64,000 bases of DNA from positions 415 to 64,414 of the forward strand of contig CAYODP010000001.1 of NCBI GenBank assembly GCA_964402815.1, written 5' to 3'. The notes beneath the pieces were generated by a model, which searched no databases, was not told where the DNA came from, and was given only the letters and a program-made list of their open reading frames with translations. Source of the DNA: an uncultured Candidatus Saccharibacteria bacterium. Lineage in GTDB: Bacteria; Patescibacteriota; Saccharimonadia; Saccharimonadales; Saccharimonadaceae. How positions within the stretch are numbered: position 1 is the first letter of the stretch; every line of letters starts with the position of its first letter. A program made the translations under genes and the position numbers. This document shows, in pieces, positions 9,572-18,420 of this stretch.

Positions 9572-10549
9572 ATGGCCAATCAAAAAGCCAAAAAGTCCGG
9601 GAAGAAAGACAATTCTCAGCCTGTGCCGAAGAAAGATTCCAAGGAGACCAAAGACGTGAAAGAAGTCAAAGAAGTGAAGTCCACGAAAGAAGAGACTGCG
9701 ACTACTAAGCCCGCAACCGTTACTGCTCATGCCTGCGAGAACCCTATGAAAGGCTTCTTTGCGCGCAAATACGGTGAAAATGAGAATATTTTAACGATTT
9801 TCAAGACGCCAAAGATTTGGGGTGCGTTGCTCGGCGAAGTAATTGGTACGATGCTGTTCGTGATGCTGATGCTTACCTTGGGTGTACAGCCACTCTATCT
9901 GATTTTTGGTGCGCTTTGTATCTATGTAGCCATCGTAGGGATTTCTGGTGCAAATTTGAATCCGATTGTAACCGCTGGGATGATGGCGACACGCCGCATG
10001 TCTGCGATTCGCGGTGTGTTATATATGTTGGCACAGTTGCTCGGGGCGTGGATTGGTCTTTTGATTATCAACGCTTTCCGTCTCGGTAGCGGCTCGACCT
10101 CAGAATTGCCGATGATGACCGAAGTAACTGGTGAGACTTTCTGGGCGGTAGCCTTGGTAGAGTTGCTCGGGGCAATCGTGATTGCTTTCTGCTTCGCGCG
10201 GGCTTTGAAATTAGCACGCAAGAGCCCTCTAGCCTTTGGTTTGACCGTGACGAGTGGTATCACCCTAGCAATTATCTTTGGGATTGTGGTTGCACAAAGC
10301 TTCTTCTCGATGCAGACTAGCTTCATCTTTAACCCAGTAGCAGCTTTGATGTATCAGATTCTCCCAACTGCCGCAGATAACTTGGGCGAGTTGGCACAGT
10401 TAGCCGGTTTGGCAGTAGCAGCTTACATCTTGTTCCCAGTAGTTGGCGGTATTATCGGCTTCTACTTGTCTGATGTAACGACTCGCTTAGCTGGCGACGG
10501 CTATCACTGCGACTGCGATATGCCTTGCAAGGGTGAATGCAAGAAATAA
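9572..10549 (+). CDS. MIP/aquaporin-family channel with non-canonical NPA boxes
   Basis: GEVIGT, ISGANLNPIVT, VELLG, IFNPVAAL; about 6 TM helices; AGGAGG RBS; downstream terminator. Confidence 0.85.
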   Translation: MANQKAKKSGKKDNSQPVPKKDSKETKDVKEVKEVKSTKEETATTKPATVTAHACENPMKGFFARKYGENENILTIFKTPKIWGALLGEVIGTMLFVMLMLTLGVQPLYLIFGALCIYVAIVGISGANLNPIVTAGMMATRRMSAIRGVLYMLAQLLGAWIGLLIINAFRLGSGSTSELPMMTEVTGETFWAVALVELLGAIVIAFCFARALKLARKSPLAFGLTVTSGITLAIIFGIVVAQSFFSMQTSFIFNPVAALMYQILPTAADNLGELAQLAGLAVAAYILFPVVGGIIGFYLSDVTTRLAGDGYHCDCDMPCKGECKK

Positions 10550-10570
10550 GATAATTAAGTTATCGCAAAG

Positions 10571-10597
10571 GTGCCGCCCGATAAGGGTGGCATTTTT
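10571..10597 (+). terminator. Intrinsic terminator
   Basis: GTGCCGCCC-GATAA-GGGTGGCAT followed by a T run. Confidence 0.7.
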
Positions 10598-10623
10598 GTA
10601 GAAAACTATGTTATAATAATCTC

Positions 10624-12699
10624 ATGGTTAAAAACCACGCAAATAAAACTGCGAAACAATTCAATAATGATGAGGTAGCGACAAAGCCGGAGCTTTCGCA
10701 AGAAGAAGCAACGACTGCGTCAAAAACCGTAACGTTGGACTCACAAACCAAGACGCAACGGCTGTTTTTGTTGCGTAAACCACGTTCGCGTCGGTACAAC
10801 ACGCGAGGTAAACATCCGATGCCGGTGTTTTTGCGAGTGCCGTGTGCGATTTTGTTCTTACTGGTAATTTCGATTTTCTTGACTTGGTTTATCTTCTGGC
10901 AGCAGAATTTGCGTGATGCCGAAGCAGCGTGGGAGTTCGTACAAGATAAACCGATTTTGGCGGTATATAGCTGCGTGGTAGTATTCTGCTTGTTGACGAC
11001 GATAGCAGCGATTACTTGGCGACCGTTCTTTAGTGCGGGATTATTGTTTTGTGTAGTAAGTATTCTAACCTTTGCACACATTCAGAAATACACCGTGCGC
11101 GCGGCGCCGCTATTGCCAGAAGATTTAGCCATGGCGGAATCGGCGGGAAATTTGATAGATTTTGTAGATTCAGACGAGCTGACGAGACTGATTGCGGGAG
11201 TGATTTTCGTACTGGTGGGTTCGATTTTGCTGGAGTTTTATATGCGTAAGCTAATTGGCAGAAATCCGCGCCGACTACCGTGGTGGAGTAAAATTTCGTT
11301 AATTCCCCGTTTGACTTATTCGATGCTGGCTTTAGCTTTGATGGCGATGGTTACAGGACCAATAATTCATCGCCGCGGAACGGATTGGCTAGAAGGGCTG
11401 GAATTTGTGGCCTGGAGCCAGACTGATAATTATAAATTCAATGGTTTCGTGATTGGGTTTTTGTATAATTTGGGACATTCGGAGCTAGAAGCGCCAGAAG
11501 ATTATAGCGAGGCGCGAATGATGGAAATTGCCGAGAAATATCGCCAAAAACAAAAAGAAGACACCGAGCGCAAGGCGTGGGATAAGACGATAGATAATTT
11601 GGTAATAATTTTGGCAGAAACTTTTTATGAGCCGGCATTTTTGTCAAAATATTATGACCATTATGGGGGCGATATCACACCAAACTTGCATCAATTATTT
11701 AGAGAATACCCGAGCGGCTACATGTATTCACCGGAATATGGCGGCGGGACGGCCAATGTGGAATTTGAGGTGCAGACAGGCTTGTCAAATTTCTGGGCAA
11801 ATACCTTCCCTTATGTGAACGCGTTGACGCGGCTTGATAAAGTTTTGAGCGCAGCAGAGTGGGGTAAAGAGAAATATGATTTTTCAGCACTAGGACTGCA
11901 CTCTTATGACGGTACGATGTATAAGCGCAACATTGTCTACCCCAAGATGGGTTACGACCGGCTGATTGATGCTAGCGAAATGACTTACACGGAGCGGGAA
12001 TATTATAGCTCAGTAATAAATGACCGTTCGATTTACAAGGAGGTTTTGGATTTGCTGAAAGATTCGGACCAGCCACAAGTGCTTGGCGTGGTGACGATGC
12101 AGAATCACGGGCCTTACGAACAGTCGTATTACCCGAAGCTAGAGTTTCCGCTCAAAGAGGCTGACCCGACTGTAAACCGGTTTGCGATTGAGTCGAGCTA
12201 TCAGAGTCTGCATGAATCCGACCGGTATCTGAGAGAATTTCTGGATGAAATAGACCAAATGGAGGAGCGGACCGCCGTGCTCTGGTTTGGCGACCATGCG
12301 ATGGGGACGCTCGATAAGTATATTTACGCCGAGGACAAAAGCGAGCGCGATTTGGCGCATCTGACGCCGTATTTTGTGTATGCGAATTTTGAGATTGAAA
12401 GCCTTTACACCGTGCAAGAAGTAGCGGAGATGAACGCCGAACAAGGATTTGAGTACCGGACGCGCGGGGTGGATTTGCCGACGACTTCGCCGAACTGTCT
12501 GCTGAATACAGCTTATAATATTCTCCAGATTGAGAAGCCGGCGCTATTCTATCTGGTGGACGAAGTTTGTATGCAGACGCCGATTCTGACACATCCGTAT
12601 TACGGTACCGAGGAGCCAGTGAACAGTCCAGAGCTGCACGAGTACGAGCTAGTGAACTATGATGTGCTGAACGGTAAACATTATTGGGATGGCAAGTAG
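10624..12699 (+). CDS. LTA-synthase-family (sulfatase-fold) membrane phosphotransferase
   Basis: Five N-terminal TM segments, then ILAETF, GGGTANVEFEV (catalytic Thr position), TMQNHGPY and WFGDH. Confidence 0.85.
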   Translation: MVKNHANKTAKQFNNDEVATKPELSQEEATTASKTVTLDSQTKTQRLFLLRKPRSRRYNTRGKHPMPVFLRVPCAILFLLVISIFLTWFIFWQQNLRDAEAAWEFVQDKPILAVYSCVVVFCLLTTIAAITWRPFFSAGLLFCVVSILTFAHIQKYTVRAAPLLPEDLAMAESAGNLIDFVDSDELTRLIAGVIFVLVGSILLEFYMRKLIGRNPRRLPWWSKISLIPRLTYSMLALALMAMVTGPIIHRRGTDWLEGLEFVAWSQTDNYKFNGFVIGFLYNLGHSELEAPEDYSEARMMEIAEKYRQKQKEDTERKAWDKTIDNLVIILAETFYEPAFLSKYYDHYGGDITPNLHQLFREYPSGYMYSPEYGGGTANVEFEVQTGLSNFWANTFPYVNALTRLDKVLSAAEWGKEKYDFSALGLHSYDGTMYKRNIVYPKMGYDRLIDASEMTYTEREYYSSVINDRSIYKEVLDLLKDSDQPQVLGVVTMQNHGPYEQSYYPKLEFPLKEADPTVNRFAIESSYQSLHESDRYLREFLDEIDQMEERTAVLWFGDHAMGTLDKYIYAEDKSERDLAHLTPYFVYANFEIESLYTVQEVAEMNAEQGFEYRTRGVDLPTTSPNCLLNTAYNILQIEKPALFYLVDEVCMQTPILTHPYYGTEEPVNSPELHEYELVNYDVLNGKHYWDGK

Positions 12700-12852
12700 A
12701 AGCGGGGCTTGTTGGAGATAGTTGGGAATTATTGGGGGTATCTGGAAACAGAGGCAAGCAAGCACTGCACCGGAGCAAAGCTGCGGTGCTATTATTTCTA
12801 TTGTAGCACACTTTTGCGGAAAAGTCAATAGTTTCTCAAGTTTTAGACCTGT

Positions 12853-12923
12853 TCCGTAAATACGCTTTTCCTCGGCAGTTCGGTCGTGACCTCCGGGAGT
12901 CCCGAGAAAAAGGTATTTACGAA
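12853..12923. repeat. Intergenic palindromic (REP-like) element
   Basis: CGTAAATAC-GCTTTTCCTCGG...CCGAGAAAAAG-GTATTTACG forms a long hairpin. The core CGTGACCTCCG and CCCGAGAA are shared with the typA insertion, and the 17-mer CGTAAATACGCTTTTCC recurs at 23508-23524. Confidence 0.65.
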
Positions 12924-12984
12924 ACAATGCTCAGGATTAGTGAAAATCAGCAAAGAATTATTACCAAAATCTACTCACACTCGG

Positions 12985-14403
12985 CTAGGCTTTCGGGAAA
13001 AGTGGCTGAGCGGGAGGAGTAATCTCGGCAGCGGTGAAGATGGACTTAATCTGAGCGGAAGTCTCGGGCAGGAATACGCTAAGGAGGAAGTTGGCGCGCA
13101 AAAGGTCTTCGGCGAGGCTACGGAGGACGGTTTGGGCTTGCTCAGTCTGGCCGAGTTTGGCGAGTTCCCAAGGTTTGGTTTCGTCGATGCGGCGATTGAG
13201 AGTTTGGATTTTGCTCCAAACGTAATCGAGCGCTTTGGAGAATTCGAATTGATTCATTAGCTGGCAGAACTCGGTAGGCAGAGCTTCATCTACCGTGACG
13301 CCGGGGACTTGATTTTTCTTACACAAAGTGGCGAGGCGCTGGACAAGGTTGCCGAGGTCGTTGGCAAGCTCGTTGTTGTAAGCGGTGGCGTATTTCTCGT
13401 CGGTGAAATCGGAGTCAGCAAAAGAGTCGATATGACGAAGGAAGAAATAGCGGAAGGCGGGCAAGCCCTTACGGTCGAGCACTTCCATCGGGTCGATGAC
13501 GTTGCCGAGGCTCTTACTCATCTTCTGGCCATTAGACAGAACGTGGCCGTGGGCAACGATGTTTTGCGGCAGAGCGAGACCGATACCGAGCAAGATAGCT
13601 GGCCAAGTAATCGCATGGAAGCGAAGGATGTCTTTGCCGACGAACTGAGCGGTGGCGGGCCAAAACTCGGCGAGCTCGGCGCCGTCGGGGTAGCCGAGGA
13701 CGCTAATATAATTAGAGAGGGCGTCAATCCAGACGTACATGACTTGGTCTTCGTCACCGGGAACGGGAACGCCCCAAGACAACTGCTTGCGCGGGCGAGA
13801 AATAGAAATATCGGGAGTGTCATCGAGCAAGCGAAGCATTTCTTGCTTGCGGAAGTCGGGAGTGATTTTAATCGTGTCAGACTCGATAGCACGACGAATC
13901 TGGTCTTTAAAGTCGCTCATGCGCAGATAATAATTCTTCTCGGAGAGACGCTGGTAAGGGCGCTGGTGGTCGGGACAGGTGCCGTGATTCTCGGCGTATT
14001 CTTTCTCGGTGACGAAACGCTCGCAGCCCTCGCAATACCAGCCATCGTACTCGGCGCTATAAATATGCGGCTCGAGCTTTTGCCAGACGGCTTGGCAAGC
14101 GCGAACATGGTTAGGGTCGGTAGTGCGGACAAAATCGGTGTAAGAAATATCGAGGCGGTCGATAAACTGGCGGAACTTGTCCGAGTTCTCGGCGACATAT
14201 TGCTCGACGGGCAGATGATTCTTAGCGGCGGTACTGAAGACTTTGTTACCGTGCTCGTCGGTACCGACTTGGAAGCGCACTTCATCGCCCAGCAGACGAC
14301 GGTAGCGAGCATAAGTATCGGCCAAAAGATAATCCATGGCGTGCCCGATATGAGGGTTACCATTGACATAAGGTATAGCAGTACAGATATAAACTTTTGA
14401 CAT
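12985..14403 (-). CDS. metG: Methionyl-tRNA synthetase (short form, no tRNA-binding appendix)
   Basis: YVNGNPHIGH, GTDEHG, YVWIDAL, KDILRFH, KMSKSLGNV. Confidence 0.97.
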   Translation of the reverse strand: MSKVYICTAIPYVNGNPHIGHAMDYLLADTYARYRRLLGDEVRFQVGTDEHGNKVFSTAAKNHLPVEQYVAENSDKFRQFIDRLDISYTDFVRTTDPNHVRACQAVWQKLEPHIYSAEYDGWYCEGCERFVTEKEYAENHGTCPDHQRPYQRLSEKNYYLRMSDFKDQIRRAIESDTIKITPDFRKQEMLRLLDDTPDISISRPRKQLSWGVPVPGDEDQVMYVWIDALSNYISVLGYPDGAELAEFWPATAQFVGKDILRFHAITWPAILLGIGLALPQNIVAHGHVLSNGQKMSKSLGNVIDPMEVLDRKGLPAFRYFFLRHIDSFADSDFTDEKYATAYNNELANDLGNLVQRLATLCKKNQVPGVTVDEALPTEFCQLMNQFEFSKALDYVWSKIQTLNRRIDETKPWELAKLGQTEQAQTVLRSLAEDLLRANFLLSVFLPETSAQIKSIFTAAEITPPAQPLFPKA

Positions 14404-14472
14404 GATAGGTTAATTATAACACAAAAATAGAGGTTCGGACAAAACGAGCGAACTTTTAAAAAAGAAAAATGC

Positions 14473-14501
14473 TTGTAAAGCGCGAGAGGGTTGTGTATAA
14501 T
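14473..14501 (+). promoter_or_regulatory. Sigma70-type promoter
   Basis: TTGTAA-17 nt-TATAAT, with TGTG immediately before the -10. Confidence 0.75.
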
Positions 14502-14506
14502 GAAAT

Positions 14507-14703
14507 TGTCTAGTTTCATCATTGAGTATGCCGCGTAGTTGCGCAGTTACATAACTGGTCGGTTACGTGTTCGAGTTTTTGTGATGAGCTTTGATTATGT
14601 GTGTCAGAAACGGCACCGCAAGCAATGCAGATGATCAGGGCTCACGTGACTCGTAGCTTACGTAATTCGTGATTGCGCATCAGCTCATTGATGGGACTAG
14701 ACA
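14507..14703 (+). ncRNA. Rod-shaped structured RNA (6S-like RNA or attenuator leader)
   Basis: The 5' segment TGTCTAGTTTCATCATTGAG pairs with the 3' segment CTCATTGATGGGACTAGACA. Nested stems are TGCGCAGTTAC/GTGATTGCGCA, GTTACGT/ACGTAAT, CGAGTT/GACTCG and TGAGCTTTGATTAT/ATGATCAGGGCTCA, with G:U pairs. It lies between a promoter and a terminator and has no ORF. Confidence 0.65.
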
Positions 14704-14722
14704 CCCTTGCGGTGTCGTTTTT
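14700..14722 (+). terminator. Intrinsic terminator or attenuator
   Basis: GACACC-CTTGC-GGTGTC-GTTTTT. Confidence 0.7.
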
Positions 14723-14782
14723 ATTACTTATGGATTTTACGGCACCTAAAAGGTTTGTGCTATTAACCAAAAGGAGGGCGCC

Positions 14783-17404
14783 ATGCAACGCAAAAAGAGA
14801 CGGTCAACTTTAACAGGACTTCTGCATAGTATTCCAATATATAGTAATAGAAGTCTTAGTCTTATTAACCATAATGGTGATAAGCATAATAAGTTATCTC
14901 ACGTTTCTAATTGTAGTATTCCTCTAGTTTGCATGGCGCTCCTGCTTTTGGGAGGAGTAGTAAGTATTAATCCAGCACTATTTGAGAATCAGAACAGTTA
15001 TGCAGTAGAAGTGGGGCAAGGTACTAACGATAATAGTACAGATAGTGAAGCTGGAATTGCTGCACAATCGATGGCAAGTCCGTCTATCAAGATGGAAGTT
15101 TCGGCAGGAACGGATGGATTTGGTAAAGGTGTGAGCGAACAAGTATCGACGGCGCCGGGAGCTTCGACAGCTTATCGCAGCCATAATATATCAGTGACAG
15201 GACATAATATTACACATTACCAGTTAACGATTTCTGGAGAAAACTTAACGAGTACGGGAGCAGGCGCAACGGAGATTGGCGGTGCGAACGGGGCGACGGG
15301 GGCGACAATGCCAACGAACACCTGGGGCTATGCTTGGGACGACCAAGACAAAGAAGTCTCGGAAATGACTTATAACACAATGACCAGTGAAGGGCAGAGT
15401 TTAGAAAATGTCGATGTACCAGAAGGAAACGGAGCAGACCACGGGTATGATGTGGACTTAAAGAAAAAGCTAGTGTTTGGAGCAAACTTTGGCGCGGATG
15501 CGCAGTCGGGTGTCTATGCGTCTAATGTTACCGTGTCGTTGACTTCAACACCACTAACACTCAGCCAAACTTGGAAGAGGCCCGCCACTATCAATAGTGA
15601 CCAATACACGGAAACACATATTGAAGCCGGGATTGACACGATGCAGGCGATTGATACGGCATGGGCAACACAATATTGTAGTGGAATGGGAACAAACGGT
15701 ACTAGCCCGGCCGGAATCAAGGTAGGAGATGTACTCGACCTGAGAGATGCGCGCGATGGCGAAGTATACCGGATTGTAAAGCTCGAAGACGGTAACTGTT
15801 GGATGCAGCAAAACCTACGGCTACAAGCACCAGAAGGCGGAAGAAACTTGACCAGTGCAGACTCTGATGTGACGAGCGACTGGCTAATGCCAGAAACGCT
15901 GGTGGCGAAGAGTGGGGAGACGACAGTGGCGGGATGGAGCAGTACTGGCGAGGTGCCGAGCTCAGCGTATTACAATAATCCGGATTATGGAGTTAATTAT
16001 AACTGGATGGCCGCGACAGCTGGCGGAGCAATGGCTAACGACGAGGCGACGAATAGTGTTTGCCCTAGGGGGTGGAAGTTGCCAACAGTATTTGAAGAAA
16101 CTGGGTCACTTCAGTACTTGACTAGTCAAATAACTTGGGCTAGCGACATTGGCTGGGCTCGACTCATGGCGCTTCCGTACGATTTTCGCAATTCCCTTTG
16201 GATGAATGCGGACGGCACATCCATCGACGGAGGGACTGACTGGGGAGCTTGGTGGTCACGTACAATATATAATGGGCAGATATATACATTGGCCATCGTT
16301 AATAATAGTTCTGACCTATTTTTTAACGTTACAGAGTTTGCTACGGGCACACCTGTTCGCTGCGTCGCTATATCAGGTTACAACGTAATCTATGATGCGA
16401 ACGGCGGGACGAATGCACCAGCGCCGCAAATCAAGAACTCGACTGCCGATACTGAACAATTTACGATTAGTGGTCAGGGTAGCATGACAAACTCGGGCTA
16501 CACTTTCTTAGGCTGGAGTACCGATAGTAATGCGACAGAGGCCGATAGCAACTATGCTCCGGGTAAGACTGTAACCATACAAAAGGCAAAGCCAGGATTA
16601 ACACTCTACGCAGTATGGGGACAAAACTGGTCGAGCGGAGTTGCCACGGGTATCACGAGGATGCAGCAAGCTAACAGCACTTGGGCGAGTGATTATTGCG
16701 GTAACGCTTCGGGAACTGGTGCCGACGCAGTAAGTGCGAAAGGCATTAAGGTGGGCGATACGCTAGACCTTAAAGATTCGCGTGACGGCCAGACTTACCG
16801 AATTGTGAAACTCGAGGACGGGAATTGTTGGATGCAGGAGAACTTAAGGTTAGTTGCGCCCAAGGGCGGTAAGCTGTTAACGAGTGCAGATTCAGATGTG
16901 TCGAACTGGACGATGCCGGAAACTGTAGCCGTGTCGAAAACGGATGTCTCTAAGTGGGTAGACAGTAACGATAAACCCTACTCTGCTTACGCAAGCGATG
17001 GGGCGAATGAGGTTTATTATAACTGGACGGCTGCAACGGCTACCGATGACTCTAGCAAAGTTACTAGTGGTAGCGTCAGCTCTAGCATATGTCCGAGCGG
17101 ATGGAAGTTACCAACTGGCAATACTGACGGGCAGTTCCAAACACTATTTACTGCTACAGGAATTACGAACAATACGGCTGGAATTAGTGAGTTCAGAAAC
17201 CTGCCCTACAATTTTACTTATACAGGATTAGTAGACTCTAGTATGTATTATAATGGGGCAGAATCTACATGGGGGGCGTGGTGGTCAAATATGGCAAAAG
17301 GTACTAGCGAGGCGTACATAGCAAACGTCTCTTCTAGCAGTTTCGGTTCAGCGTCGATGGGGCGCTATGTGGGAGCTCCAGTGCGCTGCGTCGCTACACA
17401 TTAA
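14783..17404 (+). CDS. Large surface protein: signal/TM, WxL/pilin-like module, FISUMP domain, Listeria-Bacteroides (InlB B/Flg_new) repeat, second FISUMP domain
   Basis: Two copies of DGNCWMQ.NLRL...YNW.AAT...CP.GWKLPT...WW...VRCV; YDANGGT...GYTFLGWST...LTLYAVW repeat between them; AGGAGG RBS. Confidence 0.88.
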   Translation: MQRKKRRSTLTGLLHSIPIYSNRSLSLINHNGDKHNKLSHVSNCSIPLVCMALLLLGGVVSINPALFENQNSYAVEVGQGTNDNSTDSEAGIAAQSMASPSIKMEVSAGTDGFGKGVSEQVSTAPGASTAYRSHNISVTGHNITHYQLTISGENLTSTGAGATEIGGANGATGATMPTNTWGYAWDDQDKEVSEMTYNTMTSEGQSLENVDVPEGNGADHGYDVDLKKKLVFGANFGADAQSGVYASNVTVSLTSTPLTLSQTWKRPATINSDQYTETHIEAGIDTMQAIDTAWATQYCSGMGTNGTSPAGIKVGDVLDLRDARDGEVYRIVKLEDGNCWMQQNLRLQAPEGGRNLTSADSDVTSDWLMPETLVAKSGETTVAGWSSTGEVPSSAYYNNPDYGVNYNWMAATAGGAMANDEATNSVCPRGWKLPTVFEETGSLQYLTSQITWASDIGWARLMALPYDFRNSLWMNADGTSIDGGTDWGAWWSRTIYNGQIYTLAIVNNSSDLFFNVTEFATGTPVRCVAISGYNVIYDANGGTNAPAPQIKNSTADTEQFTISGQGSMTNSGYTFLGWSTDSNATEADSNYAPGKTVTIQKAKPGLTLYAVWGQNWSSGVATGITRMQQANSTWASDYCGNASGTGADAVSAKGIKVGDTLDLKDSRDGQTYRIVKLEDGNCWMQENLRLVAPKGGKLLTSADSDVSNWTMPETVAVSKTDVSKWVDSNDKPYSAYASDGANEVYYNWTAATATDDSSKVTSGSVSSSICPSGWKLPTGNTDGQFQTLFTATGITNNTAGISEFRNLPYNFTYTGLVDSSMYYNGAESTWGAWWSNMAKGTSEAYIANVSSSSFGSASMGRYVGAPVRCVATH

Positions 17405-17428
17405 GGCTAGTAAGTAGACGCTAAAAGC

Positions 17429-17464
17429 AATACTGCCTCGGAGCAACTCTGGGGCAGTATTTTG
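17429..17464. terminator. Terminator hairpin between convergent genes
   Basis: AATACTGCCTCGGAG-CAA-CTCTGGGGCAGTATT followed by Ts. Confidence 0.65.
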
Positions 17465-17527
17465 TAGGCATTTTTATGAACATTTTAATGCATAAATGAG
17501 GAAAAATCAGGAAGGCTGAAAATTGCA

Positions 17528-17608
17528 AAAACTCTAATCCCGATTAGAGTTTTACAATAGCTTAACAGGGGTGGAGGTTGCTACAAACTCTAACTCGGAT
17601 TAGAGTTT
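17528..17608. repeat. Two copies of a palindrome AAACTCTAA-N6-TTAGAGTTT
   Basis: 17528-17553 AAAACTCTAATC-CC-GATTAGAGTTTT has perfect 12-bp arms; 17585-17608 is AAACTCTAA-CTCGGA-TTAGAGTTT. Confidence 0.75.
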
Positions 17609-17637
17609 TGGGAAATTTGAGAAGGTGGGTAAAATAG

Positions 17638-18417
17638 CTATTTAGTAGCAGAATTTGAGCCAGTAGCTAAGCTTAGCGCTTCCCAATCCCACAGGCTGAG
17701 GTCGGCGGCGCGAGCGTCGGGGTTGATACCATTTTGTTCGAGTAGACTTACCCAAGCGGCGCGAGAAATTTGACCGTTCGCGAGGTTCGTGACAAGCTTC
17801 TTGCGCGGGCTTGAGAAACCCCGCTTAGCAAGCTCGAGATGGCGAGGGTCGATTTGCGACTCGTGAAGCGGCGTAAGGACGAGAACTTGACTGTCCACTT
17901 GAGGCGGTGGCGTAAACTCAGCAGCACGCACGATGGGGCCGAGCTCAACTTCGGCAAGATTCTGCACCTGCAGGGCCAAGAGATTGTAACTACCTGGCTC
18001 AGCAGCAATCCGCTCGGCGACTTCTTTTTGCATTAAGAGAACGATACGCTGAGCAGGCGGCAAAGCAGCGAGAACTTTTTTGACAATGGGAGAGGTAATA
18101 TAATACGGAATGTTCCCTGCTATACAGTAAGCACGGCCAGCGGCTAGCTCGGTAAAATCAGCTTGCAAGACATCGTCATTAACGACTTCGAGATTTTTGC
18201 CAGGAAAAGACTTGGGAAGCTTAGCAGCGAGGTCTTGGTCATACTCAATAGCGATAACTTGAGTAAATTGGCGAAGTAGGCTAGAAGTAAGAGTGCCGAG
18301 CCCAGGGCCAATCTCGATACAGAGGTCTACGCCATCGACTTTGGCAAGGCGGGCGGTTTCGTCGAGAATGGCGCGGTTATAAAGCCAGTGCTGACCGAGA
18401 GATTTTTTGTTCTTCAT
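17638..18417 (-). CDS. rsmA: 16S rRNA dimethyladenosine transferase
   Basis: KKSLGQHWL, EIGPGLGTLT, IAGNIPYYITS, MQKEVAERI, FTPPPQVDS. Confidence 0.95.
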   Translation of the reverse strand: MKNKKSLGQHWLYNRAILDETARLAKVDGVDLCIEIGPGLGTLTSSLLRQFTQVIAIEYDQDLAAKLPKSFPGKNLEVVNDDVLQADFTELAAGRAYCIAGNIPYYITSPIVKKVLAALPPAQRIVLLMQKEVAERIAAEPGSYNLLALQVQNLAEVELGPIVRAAEFTPPPQVDSQVLVLTPLHESQIDPRHLELAKRGFSSPRKKLVTNLANGQISRAAWVSLLEQNGINPDARAADLSLWDWEALSLATGSNSATK

Positions 18418-18420
18418 AGT

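Noticed and set aside
13309-14400. 363-aa plus-strand ORF
   Set aside because: It is the antisense shadow of metG and has no motifs or RBS. The same applies to 23602..24480 (opposite alaS), 18388..19158, 35053..35613, 37999..38589 and 55795..56412.
14507-14722. T-box for metG, SRP RNA or a known riboswitch
   Set aside because: It lies on the opposite strand to metG, which has its own -10 next to its ATG. It has no T-box AGGGTGGNACC, no SRP domain IV CAGG-GNRA-AGCA motif, and no SAM, TPP or c-di-GMP signature I could recognise.
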